This document shows, piece by piece, positions 17,820 to 27,252 of a stretch of 43,822 nt of DNA. The notes beneath the pieces were generated by a model. The model had not been told where the DNA came from and searched no databases. It was given only the letters and a program-made list of their open reading frames with translations. This DNA comes from Aquificales bacterium (GTDB lineage Bacteria; Aquificota; Aquificia; Aquificales; QOAS01). The translations under genes were made by a program, and so were the position numbers. The stretch is taken from contig DTXZ01000093.1 of the NCBI GenBank assembly GCA_012962155.1, positions 1 through 43,822 on the forward strand. Direction: 5' to 3'. Every line of letters starts with the position of its first letter. Within the stretch, counting starts at the first letter, position 1.

Positions 17820-18674
17820 ATGAAAGCCCTAGTTGCAGGAGGGAGTGGATTTATAGGTTCCCATATAGTTAGGAAATTTTCGTATAACCGCGCAAAGGTT
17901 TGGGTTTTAACTCGAAACCCCCAAAAAGTTCAAATTAATCCCCTTGTAAAGGGGGTATCCTTTATAGACCTAACCGAGGGGTGGGAATATTTGGAAAACC
18001 TTATAACGGAGATACGGCCCGACATTATTATTAACACCGTAGGTATCCTTTACGAAGAAAAGGGAAACTCCTATAGAAAAGCCCATGTTGAATTTGTAAA
18101 AAAACTTTTGAAGGTGGCCCAAAAGGTTTCCCCTAAGAGGTTTATTCACATATCCGCCTGCGGGGTGGGGATAAACAGGTTTTCCCGATATTTTAAAAGT
18201 AAAGAGGAGGGGGAAAATCTCGTAACCTCTTCGGGTATTCCTTACACAATTTTCCGACCCTCCATTGTTATGGGGAAGGGTCAACTTTTACTAAAACAGC
18301 TTAAGAGGATTGGAAAGCTTCTACCCCTTTTGGTGGTTCCCAAAGGCAGTTTTCAACCACTGCATGTGGAAGATTTGGCTCAGGCGGTATTTCTTTCCGC
18401 GGTAGAGGAAAAACTTAAAAACCGCATTTGCGAGGTAGGAGGACCAAAGGTTTATACCGCGGGAGAGCTCTTTAAAGAGAGCTTAAAACTCTTGGGGTTA
18501 AAGAGGTTAGTTATTGAACTCCCGTGGCAGCTCTTTATACCGGTCTTGCCCGCTGCGGGTCTTTTGGGTGTTTTAAACTACGAGCAGTTGAAAATGTCCA
18601 AAACTCCCAATGTGTGTCCCAAAAACTGCCTTCCGAAACTTGTTAAAAGTCTGAAAGACCCCTTTGAGGTTTAA
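17820..18674 (+). CDS. NAD(P)-binding epimerase/dehydratase-family (atypical SDR) protein
   Basis: Rossmann motif VAGGSGFIGSHIV at the N-terminus; length and layout fit an extended or atypical SDR. Confidence 0.7.
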   Translation: MKALVAGGSGFIGSHIVRKFSYNRAKVWVLTRNPQKVQINPLVKGVSFIDLTEGWEYLENLITEIRPDIIINTVGILYEEKGNSYRKAHVEFVKKLLKVAQKVSPKRFIHISACGVGINRFSRYFKSKEEGENLVTSSGIPYTIFRPSIVMGKGQLLLKQLKRIGKLLPLLVVPKGSFQPLHVEDLAQAVFLSAVEEKLKNRICEVGGPKVYTAGELFKESLKLLGLKRLVIELPWQLFIPVLPAAGLLGVLNYEQLKMSKTPNVCPKNCLPKLVKSLKDPFEV

Positions 18675-19786
18675 AACTTTTCCATTTCTCCCCTTATAAT
18701 TTCCGCGATTCTCTTTAGAACGCTTCCCCCTTTTGGATTGAGTAGTTTTTTCAAAATCCTAAATTGGTCCCGTTGGTAATCTCCAATTTCTAAAATGTGG
18801 TAGGTGGTCTTTAGGAGGTTTTTGGGGGTCAATTCCCCTTGGAGCAGTTCGGGAACTACCCTTTCTCCCAAAACTATATTTGCCAAGTGGAGGTGGGGAA
18901 CTTTAACCAACCTCTTAGCCAGAAAGTGGGTAAGGGGATTGGTTTTGTAAAAAATCAAGTGGGGGGTTTCCAAAAGGGCGGTTTCCAAGGCGGTTGTTCC
19001 CGATTTTATCCACCCAAACTTTGCATGTTTTATTAAAAACAACCCCTTTTGGGGATTTTCGTCAAGGTAAACCACCTTGGAGAGTTTCCTCAAAGGTTTT
19101 AATAAACCTTTAAAGTTCTTAAAGGTTAAAAGCACCGCCTTAAGTCCTAATTCCTTAACCGCAATGGAGGTCGCTTGATACAAAACCTTTGCGTGTTTTT
19201 TTATCTCATTTTTCCTGCTGCCGGGGAAAATTACAAAGTAACAACCCTTAGGGGTTTCGGTAGGAATTTTATCCAAAAGTTCTACCGAAGGATGCCCTAC
19301 AAAGTGGAACTCAACGTGGGGAAACTCTTTAAAGTATTCCCTCTCAAAGGGAAGGATGGATATTAAAACGTCGGCATATTGGGCTAGGTGGTATTTTCTA
19401 CTCTCTTTCCACGCCCACACTTGGGGTAAAATAAAATAGACAACCCTTTTTACGCCTAGCTTTTTTGCCTCCTTTATAAGGGGAAGGTTAAAGCCGGGCG
19501 AATCCATAGCTACCAAAATTTGGGGTTTCTCCCTTTCCAAAAACCTTAGGAGGTTTCCCCTTACTTTAAAAATCCTCGGAATTTTGGGCAGGATTTCAAA
19601 AACTCCCGTGGCGGAAATGTCTTCTATCCTTCCCAAAGAGGTTATTTTTTTTTCTAAAAGGTTACCCGTAATGCCGTAGAATTCCCAATCTTTGGATTCC
19701 AAAAGGGGTAAAATACTGTTTAAAATCTTTTCCGCGGAAGGGTCTCCCAAGGAGAAAACCACCTTTTTGGACATCGGATTGACCAT
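18671..19786 (-). CDS. lpxB: Lipid-A-disaccharide synthase
   Basis: GT19 layout with DSPGFNL...K, ILPFE..YF and KSGTTALE blocks. A GGAG RBS lies 8 nt upstream of the ATG at 19786. Confidence 0.85.
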   Translation of the reverse strand: MVNPMSKKVVFSLGDPSAEKILNSILPLLESKDWEFYGITGNLLEKKITSLGRIEDISATGVFEILPKIPRIFKVRGNLLRFLEREKPQILVAMDSPGFNLPLIKEAKKLGVKRVVYFILPQVWAWKESRKYHLAQYADVLISILPFEREYFKEFPHVEFHFVGHPSVELLDKIPTETPKGCYFVIFPGSRKNEIKKHAKVLYQATSIAVKELGLKAVLLTFKNFKGLLKPLRKLSKVVYLDENPQKGLFLIKHAKFGWIKSGTTALETALLETPHLIFYKTNPLTHFLAKRLVKVPHLHLANIVLGERVVPELLQGELTPKNLLKTTYHILEIGDYQRDQFRILKKLLNPKGGSVLKRIAEIIRGEMEKF

Positions 19787-19836
19787 TATAGGTTCTCCGC
19801 CTGACTTTAAAAAAGCTTTACCTAAATTAAAGCCCT

Positions 19837-20721
19837 ATGGAGTTAAAAAGTTTAAGCCCGATACTATTAACATCCGAAGTTGCGGAGTGTAAAGGTAAAG
19901 AGGTTACCCTAAAAGGGGAAGCTCTAAAAAAGCTTATCAAAAACGCTTTGATTTACACCCGTTTAAGGGAAGACAAAAAACTCTTTGACGAGTTTTACAA
20001 AAAATTGCTTTGGTGGAAAGAGTTTTACGACGAAAACAAAGAAAATAGGAAAGAAGTTTTAAGGCAATTAAAGGCTATCGGAACTTGGCTAGAAAAAAAG
20101 GTCTTTTGCGGAGGGGAACCGGAAATCGTAAACGGTGAGGTTGTAAACTTTGACGAAAAGAAAAACCTTCTTAATTTCGTAAAGGTAAGCGATTTTGTCC
20201 TCCGTGAAGGAAAGGTTATGGAAAAAGCCCCCAAAGTGGTGGGAGAACGAAAGAAAATCTTGAAACCTATAAAGGTTGCTTCAAAAGGCGCGATTTTTGA
20301 GGGTAGATTGGAAATAGACGAAAGCTATAAGGGGCTAAAAAATCCCTCCCCCGTAGCGGATTACCTTAAAGCTGAAAAACTAACGGAGCTCCTAAACCGC
20401 TTTTCTCTAAAGGTGTTAGAAGTGGATAAGGAATTTTTCGTTGAAGGCGGTTACGCTAAAACTTTAAAGGTGCTGGAAGAAATTGAAGCGGAGAGCGGGG
20501 ATAGACTTTGGAAAATTAATTTTGAGGAAGGCGTTTTGCCCTTTGGTGCGGAAATTTTTGTATACGAGAGATTGGAAACCCCCAAAGGTAGAAAGGAATA
20601 CCACCACCTTAACGAGATTTTTAAAATCCTTTCCTCCGAAGGTTGGGCGGGAGAAGTTTTTTCCAATACTAGGAAAATTTCCCCCGAAGGTTATCCCTTT
20701 GGGTGGTTTTCGCAAATTTAA
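19837..20721 (+). CDS. Hypothetical protein (294 aa) with weak RAMP-like terminal motifs
   Basis: Intact ORF with an ATG start. N-terminus LKSLSPILLTSEV...LKGEALKKLIKNAL and C-terminus EGYPFGWFSQI resemble degenerate RAMP (Csm/Cmr) signatures. Identification is by eye only. Confidence 0.5.
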   Translation: MELKSLSPILLTSEVAECKGKEVTLKGEALKKLIKNALIYTRLREDKKLFDEFYKKLLWWKEFYDENKENRKEVLRQLKAIGTWLEKKVFCGGEPEIVNGEVVNFDEKKNLLNFVKVSDFVLREGKVMEKAPKVVGERKKILKPIKVASKGAIFEGRLEIDESYKGLKNPSPVADYLKAEKLTELLNRFSLKVLEVDKEFFVEGGYAKTLKVLEEIEAESGDRLWKINFEEGVLPFGAEIFVYERLETPKGRKEYHHLNEIFKILSSEGWAGEVFSNTRKISPEGYPFGWFSQI

Positions 20722-20760
20722 GTTTTCTTTTTTGCCTCTTTTAAGATTTCTTAACTGAAG

Positions 20761-21858
20761 ATGTTTGACGCTATAGTCGTGGGAGCGGGCCCCGCGGGGG
20801 CTACCACCGCCCGACTTTTGGCCCAAAAGGGCTTTAAAGTTCTCCTGATAGAGAAAGAAAACTTACCCCGCCCTAAGCTTTGCGCGGGGGCGGTTTCTAT
20901 TAGGGCAAAACCTTACCTTCCCAACGATTGGGAAAATGCGGTGATAAACACCGTTTACGGCGGAAACTTAGGTTTTAAAGGTGAAATTTATCTATCCGCC
21001 CGATGCGACAAACCGGTGGTTAAGATTGTAGAGCGAAGGAGTTTTGACCTCTATTTAACCATAAAGGCTAAAGACGAAGGGGTTACCGTCCGCGAAGGAG
21101 AATCGTTTATAAATTTCCATTCCCTCCGAGGGGACTTTACCGAGGTTGTAACCACCAAAGGGGTTTACAAAACCAAATACCTCATAGGGGCGGACGGGGC
21201 TTTAAGTAAAGTCTTAAGGGCTTTAGGAGTAAAACGGAAAACCTTTTTGGTTTGCGAAGCGTTGGTTGAAACCCGTATAGGGAATATGGATGAAGTTTTT
21301 ATAGACCTCGGACTGGTAAAGTGGGGTTACGCTTGGGTCTTTCCCCACGGAGAGGAGCTGGTAAGCGTCGGTATAGCCTCCCTAAAGAGGGAAGAAAGAA
21401 ACTTAAAACTCCTTTTAAGGAAATACATAGAAAACCATTCCCTTTTGAAGGGAAAGAAAATTCGCTCCATAAAGAGTTGGTTTTTGAGTCCTTCCCGCGG
21501 TGGCCTTTTCACGGGCGAAGGAAATATCTTCCTCGTGGGGGAAGCCTCCGGTTCGGTGGACGCACTCTTGGGGGAGGGAATTTACTACTCGGTTTGGCAA
21601 GCCCACCTTTTGGCGGAGTGTTTAAAAAGTCAAAACCACCGGAGGTGTTACTCCCGAAGCCTAAAAAGGCTAAAAAGGGAATTTCTATTCGGCTACCTTA
21701 CGGGGTTTTTGGGTTATAGCTTCCAACGGTTTATGTTTAAAAACGCCAAAGAAAGAGACCTAAAGGAGTTTTTTAAATTTTTAAGGGGAGAGAAAACTTA
21801 TGCCGACCTATTTAAATACGGTGTAAAGAGGTTTCTCTCCAGTCTTTTTAAGTTTTAA
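20761..21858 (+). CDS. Geranylgeranyl reductase-family FAD-dependent oxidoreductase
   Basis: [31 protein letters not shown] dinucleotide fold, GADGA.S and VGEA.G..D...GEGI. Confidence 0.8.
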   Translation: MFDAIVVGAGPAGATTARLLAQKGFKVLLIEKENLPRPKLCAGAVSIRAKPYLPNDWENAVINTVYGGNLGFKGEIYLSARCDKPVVKIVERRSFDLYLTIKAKDEGVTVREGESFINFHSLRGDFTEVVTTKGVYKTKYLIGADGALSKVLRALGVKRKTFLVCEALVETRIGNMDEVFIDLGLVKWGYAWVFPHGEELVSVGIASLKREERNLKLLLRKYIENHSLLKGKKIRSIKSWFLSPSRGGLFTGEGNIFLVGEASGSVDALLGEGIYYSVWQAHLLAECLKSQNHRRCYSRSLKRLKREFLFGYLTGFLGYSFQRFMFKNAKERDLKEFFKFLRGEKTYADLFKYGVKRFLSSLFKF

Positions 21859-22640
21859 CCGAACCTTCCCGTTATGTAATCCTCCGTGAGTTTCTCTTTA
21901 GGGTTGGTAAATATCTGCTCCGTTGGTCCAAACTCTATAAGTTCTCCCAAATACATAAAGGCGGTGTAATCGGAAACGCGGGAAGCCTGTTGCATATTGT
22001 GGGTAACGATAATAATAGTCAGCTGTTCCCTAAGTTCCAAAACCAACTCCTCTATTTTTGCAGTAGATATTGGGTCTAAAGCGGATGTCGGTTCGTCAAA
22101 GAGTAAAACTTCCGGTTCAACCGCTATGGCGCGGGCTATAACTAGTCTTTGCTGTTGTCCTCCCGATAGGGAAAAGGCACTTTCGTGCAAACGGTCCTTT
22201 ACCTCTTCCCAAAGGGCCGCTTTTCTGAGAGCTTCCTCCACTCTTACTTCCAATTCGCTTTTATCCTTTATACCCTTTAAACGTAATCCGAAAGCTACAT
22301 TGTCAAATATTGACATGGGAAAGGGTGTAGGTTTCTGAAAAACCATTCCAATCCGCGAGCGGAGTTCTATCAGGTCTATATTGTCCGAAAGTATGTTAAC
22401 CCCATCGGGTTGGAGAATAATCTCCCCTTCGTATCGGTTGCCGGGATAAAGGTCGTGCATACGGTTAAAACATCTCAAAAGGGTGGTCTTACCGCATCCG
22501 GAAGGACCTATGAGAGCGGTAACCTTATTTTGCGCAACGGGAAGGTTGATGTTTTTAAGGGCGTGAAAACCGTTGTAGTAAAAATTAAGATTGTTAACCT
22601 CCAACTTTAGGGGGTCACTTACGGGGGCTATATACACCAT
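21855..22640 (-). CDS. pstB: Phosphate ABC transporter ATP-binding protein
   Basis: [22 protein letters not shown] and the PstB-specific FNRM.DL and C-terminal YITGRFG motifs. Confidence 0.92.
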   Translation of the reverse strand: MVYIAPVSDPLKLEVNNLNFYYNGFHALKNINLPVAQNKVTALIGPSGCGKTTLLRCFNRMHDLYPGNRYEGEIILQPDGVNILSDNIDLIELRSRIGMVFQKPTPFPMSIFDNVAFGLRLKGIKDKSELEVRVEEALRKAALWEEVKDRLHESAFSLSGGQQQRLVIARAIAVEPEVLLFDEPTSALDPISTAKIEELVLELREQLTIIIVTHNMQQASRVSDYTAFMYLGELIEFGPTEQIFTNPKEKLTEDYITGRFG

Positions 22641-22699
22641 GCAAGTTAGTTAAATTTTAAGCGACCGCCGGAGGCTTAAGGATTTAATTTTAACTCCCA

Positions 22700-23440
22700 A
22701 TGGTGTATAGACCCATAGCTATAAATGTGGAAAACCTCCGGGTGGAGATAGATGGAAAACCAATTTTGGAGGATATAAATCTAAAGGTCTACCAAGGAGA
22801 GATAGTGGCGGTTGTGGGCCCAAACGGAGGTGGAAAGACCACCTTTCTTAAGACTCTTTTGGGTCTGGTAAAACCCTCCCGCGGAAAGGTAGAGGTATTT
22901 AGTTTTCCCCCTAAGGAGGCGGTAAGAAGACACCTTATAGGATATCTGCCCCAAAAGGTGAACTTCAAAAGGGAAAGCTGCCTTTCCGCCCTCGACGTGG
23001 TTTTACTCGGTCTTTGGTACAAACCAATTTCGGAAGAGGAAAAGGTGAAACTCGCCTTGGAGGTTATGGATAAATTTGGAGTAAGAAACCTCGCAAGGGA
23101 GCGGTTTTCCAACCTTTCGGGTGGGCAGCAGCAGAGGGTAAATTTGGCTAGAACCGTTGTAGGTGAGCCCAAACTTCTGCTCTTAGACGAACCCACAACC
23201 GGTGTGGACTTTCCCGGCCAACAAACGGTGTATGAGCTTTTGAAAAAACTAAGGGACGAAAAGGATTTTACAATAATTACCGTAACTCACGACGTCGGGG
23301 TGGTGTGGAAATACGTTGACCGTGCGGTGTGTATAAACCGAAAATTACACTACCACGGTGAGCCGGCCGCTATTTTAAAACCCGAAATTTTGAAGATAGT
23401 TTATGGAACGGAGGTTGTGCTCTTGTTTCACAAACATTAA
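22700..23440 (+). CDS. ABC transporter ATP-binding protein, ZnuC/metal-uptake-like
   Basis: [28 protein letters not shown] and a ...VCINRKLHYHGEP tail typical of Zn/Mn-type ATPases. Confidence 0.8.
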   Translation: MVYRPIAINVENLRVEIDGKPILEDINLKVYQGEIVAVVGPNGGGKTTFLKTLLGLVKPSRGKVEVFSFPPKEAVRRHLIGYLPQKVNFKRESCLSALDVVLLGLWYKPISEEEKVKLALEVMDKFGVRNLARERFSNLSGGQQQRVNLARTVVGEPKLLLLDEPTTGVDFPGQQTVYELLKKLRDEKDFTIITVTHDVGVVWKYVDRAVCINRKLHYHGEPAAILKPEILKIVYGTEVVLLFHKH

Positions 23441-23527
23441 GGGGTTTGTCTCTTCCGCCGCATAGGTGGTTTCTATGTATTAATTTTCTGGGAAAAACTT
23501 AAGAGGGATTTTAAATTACTTTCCTTG

Positions 23528-26500
23528 ATGCGATTAATTTCTTTTTTTATTCAATTACTGTTTGCCTTTTTGACATTTGCACTTACTAAGGAGGAGGAAC
23601 AATACCTAACGGAAATACCGTTTCTACCGAAACATATAAAACCCTTTGTTGTTATAGATATGGACTACTCGGGAAGTATGCAATTTCCCGCTTATTACTA
23701 TTGCTATTTTTGGGGATATTATTCCTCCAAAGTTGCGGAGTGTGGAACTGTAAATTCCAAATACGCTAGAACTAGAAAATATTACGGTTACTTTGACTCT
23801 AATGCGTGTTATACCTACAATTCTGCGGAGAAATATTGGGAAAAAAGTAACTGCGATTGTTCAGCAAATGGAGGTATCGGTAACTCCAATTGTCTTTCGG
23901 GAAACTTTCTAAACTGGTTAGTTTCTTCAAGAATTGATGTTGCGCTAAAGGCTTTGATAGGGGGTAAGGCGGATTGCAAAGATGATTATTGCATTCTTCG
24001 TCCCCAAGGAGCTAGAAGAACAGTAAATCTTAGTTCTTTGCATTGCCAATTCCGGGTAGAACCCGAGCAATATTGGAAAGGAAACTATTCTTCTAAAGAC
24101 ATTTATATCGTTGCCCAAAATTACGGGGGAAGTTGTTTATTGGGTAATAATTGGACTCGTTACGCGCGCGTAAAAATTCCACGCAAAGAAAGAAAAGGCA
24201 TTTTGTATAAGGTTTTTGACAAAGTGGATATAACCTTTATGTTTTATAACACCTACGGGCACTACGGAGAAGTCAAATACGCTTTTTATGAAGAAGATTT
24301 AAATAAACTCATATCCGCTTTTGAAAATACAATCCCCTATTCTGGAACGCCAACGGGAGAATCCCTTTGGGAGGTTTGGGATTATCTAACCCAAAAGGAC
24401 CAACACGGGTACGAAAGTAACACCTCCTATATAGGAAGGGGAACACGCAAAGACCCTTACTATAGTGTAAAATATAAACAATACATCCCTTGTAGAAAGA
24501 CTTTTGTTCTTCTCATTTCCGATGGAGAGTGGAATGGGGAAGTAGACCCCGCGAGGGTTGCCTATGAACTTCACACTTCCGATTTAAGGAAAAAACTCAA
24601 CGGGACACAAAATGCGGAGGTATTTACTTTATTTACGTTCTCCTCGGGAGCAGCGGGTAAAAACTCTATGGCTACCGTTGCGGCTTGTGGGGGATTTGAA
24701 GATTTGGACGGCAATAATGAACCCTCTTTTGTAGATTGTTACAGTAATAGTAAATCACAAAATTTTCCAAAAGATGATTGTAAAAAATGTTTATGCAAGG
24801 AATGGGACAAAGATTGCGACGGTTATCCCGATAACTTTTTCTACGCCCAAAAGGGTGAGGAATTGGAAGCCGCTTTGACCCAAATATTTACCAAAATTCT
24901 TAGCGTTTCCGGAACCGCCGTTTCTTTACCCGCAACCGAGAGGAGGGAGGGTAGCGGTGGCGGTATTTCCTACGGTAGCGTGGTAACCCAGGCAACTTTT
25001 CAAGAACTTTACCAAAAGGATAGGGCTGTTCATTGGATTGGGCATATATACAATTGGTGGTTTTGGTTGGGCAACGAAATTTCCAATATAAGGGAGGATA
25101 CGGTTCACAACTTCGTTTTGGATGCCCTAGGAACTAAAGATGTGGATAGAATTCTTGAATGGAACTATGACGATGAGGAAAACACCCTCATTATAAAAGC
25201 TTGCCAACCAAAAGAGGATGGTAGCCCCTCTTCCGATTGCACAGTCTATAAGGGTTACGAAAATCTAACGCCTATCGTTGATTTTGGAGAAGTTTTAAAG
25301 AACACTTCCGCAGATGATAGAACGATATATGTAAACATAAATGGAAGCTTGGTAACTTTGGATTACAACAACATGTCTAGCCTCTTATTTGTTTCCAATA
25401 AAGATGGAATAGAAATTCCGCTTCTGGGAGTTCCCGAAGGGTGCGAGCCCGAAAATTTCTTAGACGAGTGTAAAAATTCTGGGGACACCTTGAGTTGCGT
25501 TTACGGTAAAGTTAAAGACTGCGCACTTTCCAATTTTAATTACTACTCCAAATTGGTAGATTGGATTAAAGGAAAGGACTATGAAGATTTCCGAATAAGA
25601 ACCCCTGAAGGTTGGCTAACTTCAGACGGTGAAGGTGTTTGGAAATTGGGGGATATAGTTGCTTCTACCCCTATTGTTGTAGATTACGGAAGTTTTAGGG
25701 TTGCCTTCGTGGGTTCTAACGATGGAATGCTCCACGCCTTTAGGTTGGGTTACATTAAAAACAACTACAATATATACACACCCATAGCCCTCCAAAACGA
25801 CAAGAAAGATACCGCTACCGACCGTATAGGTCGGGAACTGTGGGCTTTTATACCAACCCACGCTTTGCCTTACCTCGGGATTTTAGCGGACAAAGAATAC
25901 GGATTGACTCCCAATAAACACCTCTACTTGGTAGACCTAAGCCCTTATGTGGTGAAAGAGGGAGATAGGTTAATCCTTATCGGCGGTTTCAGGTTGGGAG
26001 GGGCTACGGGATTTAAAGGAAAAGACGCCCTGCATCCGCCTTCCTATTCCTGTCCTGCAACCCTTTTGAAAGAGAAAGACCTTTCCTACGAAGGGTGTTA
26101 TGGACTCTCGGAATACTTTGCTTTAGACATCACCGACCCCTTACAACCGAAGTTGCTTTGGGAATTTACCCATCCCAAACTGGGTTTAAGTTATTCGGGA
26201 CCCGGTATAGTTAGGAAAAAAGGTAAAACCTATGTTGTTTTCCTATCGGGATTGAGAAACCCTACCGCGGAAGTTAGCCAGGAGACTATAAATTCGGAAT
26301 CCAAGCTTTACGCCTTTGTTTTGGAATTGAATACGGGAAAGTTGGTTAGAGTTTTAGAAATTGATATAGGTAAACCCGCCTTTGGAGGAAGACTCTTTAA
26401 GGAAGGATTTGATTATAACGGCGATGGGGAAACCGATTACCTAATTTTTGGTTACTCGAAACCCGAAGGAAATCCCAAGCAGTGGAAGGGTGGACTTATA

Positions 26501-27223
26501 GCCTTGGACGTAAGGGATGAAAATCCCGAAAATTGGAAAGCAATAAAGGTAGAGGGAGATATAAATCCCGTAGTTTCTAAGGTTGCAGTCGGTTTCTGTT
26601 TCGGTAGACCCTATCTCTATTTCGGAACGGGAAGGTGGTTCTTTAAAACCGACGATATGGAACTTCACCAAACCAACTACATTTATGGAATACCTTTCAC
26701 TTGCGGCCAAAACGGTTGCCAATTTAGTGAAAATCCCAACGGTGCGATAGATGTAACCGACGAGAATAGAGCAAAAAAAGTCTGCAGAGAGTACAACCAA
26801 GGACATCCGAGGGCTTGGAAAATAAGTCTTAACCCCAAGGAAGAGAAAGATTCTTATTTAAAGGAGAAAAACATTAGCGACCCCGCAAAGTTGGGCAATA
26901 TAGTGGTGTTTACCACCACCCAACCGAACGCCGACATCTGTTCCTTGGGAAGCGGTAAAAGTAGGGTATGGAAACTTCACTGCGCTTTGGGTAGTTCGGT
27001 GGGACAGGATTTTTGCCCCTCCTTAAAAATTGAAAATGTAAAGCAAACTTTCTTCCTCCAGACTTCAACTTCCCAAATAGTGAAAGTGACGATAAATTCC
27101 TCCAACGCCAAGGAGAGGGTTTCCGACTGGTATAGCGGTATAGCTCCCGAAAGTGGGATTGCGTTAATGAAACTATCCCCGAAATTGGACAGGGGAAGAA
27201 TTCTCCTATGGTTGGAATACTAA
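23528..27223 (+). CDS. Secreted vWA-domain / PilY1-like beta-propeller protein (putative type IV pilus tip adhesin), 1231 aa
   Basis: Signal peptide MRLISFFIQLLFAFLTFA. vWA MIDAS triad: DMDYSGSM, GTPTGESL, LLISDGEWNG. PilY1 C-terminal signatures: GDIVASTPIVV, VGSNDGMLHAF, ELWAFIP, YFALDITDP. EF-hand-like loop DYNGDGETD. More than 35 Cys. Confidence 0.8.
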   Translation: MRLISFFIQLLFAFLTFALTKEEEQYLTEIPFLPKHIKPFVVIDMDYSGSMQFPAYYYCYFWGYYSSKVAECGTVNSKYARTRKYYGYFDSNACYTYNSAEKYWEKSNCDCSANGGIGNSNCLSGNFLNWLVSSRIDVALKALIGGKADCKDDYCILRPQGARRTVNLSSLHCQFRVEPEQYWKGNYSSKDIYIVAQNYGGSCLLGNNWTRYARVKIPRKERKGILYKVFDKVDITFMFYNTYGHYGEVKYAFYEEDLNKLISAFENTIPYSGTPTGESLWEVWDYLTQKDQHGYESNTSYIGRGTRKDPYYSVKYKQYIPCRKTFVLLISDGEWNGEVDPARVAYELHTSDLRKKLNGTQNAEVFTLFTFSSGAAGKNSMATVAACGGFEDLDGNNEPSFVDCYSNSKSQNFPKDDCKKCLCKEWDKDCDGYPDNFFYAQKGEELEAALTQIFTKILSVSGTAVSLPATERREGSGGGISYGSVVTQATFQELYQKDRAVHWIGHIYNWWFWLGNEISNIREDTVHNFVLDALGTKDVDRILEWNYDDEENTLIIKACQPKEDGSPSSDCTVYKGYENLTPIVDFGEVLKNTSADDRTIYVNINGSLVTLDYNNMSSLLFVSNKDGIEIPLLGVPEGCEPENFLDECKNSGDTLSCVYGKVKDCALSNFNYYSKLVDWIKGKDYEDFRIRTPEGWLTSDGEGVWKLGDIVASTPIVVDYGSFRVAFVGSNDGMLHAFRLGYIKNNYNIYTPIALQNDKKDTATDRIGRELWAFIPTHALPYLGILADKEYGLTPNKHLYLVDLSPYVVKEGDRLILIGGFRLGGATGFKGKDALHPPSYSCPATLLKEKDLSYEGCYGLSEYFALDITDPLQPKLLWEFTHPKLGLSYSGPGIVRKKGKTYVVFLSGLRNPTAEVSQETINSESKLYAFVLELNTGKLVRVLEIDIGKPAFGGRLFKEGFDYNGDGETDYLIFGYSKPEGNPKQWKGGLIALDVRDENPENWKAIKVEGDINPVVSKVAVGFCFGRPYLYFGTGRWFFKTDDMELHQTNYIYGIPFTCGQNGCQFSENPNGAIDVTDENRAKKVCREYNQGHPRAWKISLNPKEEKDSYLKEKNISDPAKLGNIVVFTTTQPNADICSLGSGKSRVWKLHCALGSSVGQDFCPSLKIENVKQTFFLQTSTSQIVKVTINSSNAKERVSDWYSGIAPESGIALMKLSPKLDRGRILLWLEY

Positions 27224-27252
27224 CCCCTTTCTCCTTTAGACTTTTCTCTTAA

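Noticed and set aside
21321-21719. A 132-aa Arg/Lys/Gly/Pro-rich ORF in an alternative frame inside the geranylgeranyl reductase gene, and similar ones at 20483-20758 and 20464-20826.
   Set aside because: These are out-of-frame overlaps with well-supported CDSs. The composition looks like frame-shifted translation of purine-rich codons, and no independent start signals are present.
23441-23527. The 87-nt gap upstream of the PilY1-like gene, checked for a small RNA, repeat or operator.
   Set aside because: I saw no stable hairpin, no repeat and no conserved motif. It is most simply an ordinary promoter/RBS spacer.
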